Assembly: GCF_964204865.1 (NCBI RefSeq) | Contig: NC_135251.1 | Location: 13,144,001-13,208,000 of the forward strand | From: Styela clava | Lineage: Eukaryota | Length of the DNA stretch: 64,000 bases | Direction of reading: 5' to 3' | In this document: piece after piece, positions 63,931 through 64,000 of the stretch | Layout of the letters: every line of letters starts with the position of its first letter | Position numbering within the stretch: position 1 is the first letter of the stretch | Notes under the pieces: generated by a model | Told to the model about the DNA's origin: nothing | The model's database searches: none | The model's input: the letters and a program-made list of their open reading frames with translations, nothing else | Made by a program: the position numbers and the translations under genes

Positions 63931-64000
63931 GACATTGACATGCATTGTTACATTATAGGCATAGATAATAAATTGAACTGACGTATAGGCTTTGCAACGC

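Overview
AT-rich, intron-containing animal genomic DNA, most likely a tunicate (ascidian). This assignment is inferred from the compact genes and the chordate-type tropomyosins with vertebrate exon sizes and an exon-9a-like C-terminus. Nine protein-coding genes can be built by hand with consistent splice phases: an intronless-CDS 14-3-3 (epsilon-like, -), CCDC191 (17 coding exons, +, one probable GC-AG intron), three tandem 285-aa tropomyosins (-), intronless BAG1 (+), hormone-sensitive lipase LIPE (11 coding exons, +), EFCAB11 (-) and an unrecognised 143-aa single-TM ORF (+). Intergenic and intronic DNA is dense in transposons with readable termini and target-site duplications: Merlin-like MITEs, several hAT families, a P-like element, a Kolobok-like element, a decayed LTR element carrying three nested insertions, HINE/Helentron-like repeats, SINEs, a LINE tail and a 57-bp minisatellite. 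The best leads are: (i) a candidate BAG1-LIPE operon or shared first exon; (ii) a fully reconstructable tropomyosin tandem duplication, where a later LTR insertion dates the event and exposes unexpectedly homogenised exons; (iii) a duplicated W-acidic/LIR-like module in the HSL regulatory insert; (iv) probable Tc1/pogo excision footprints. No prokaryotic features (CRISPR, rRNA) are present. All counts are by hand.
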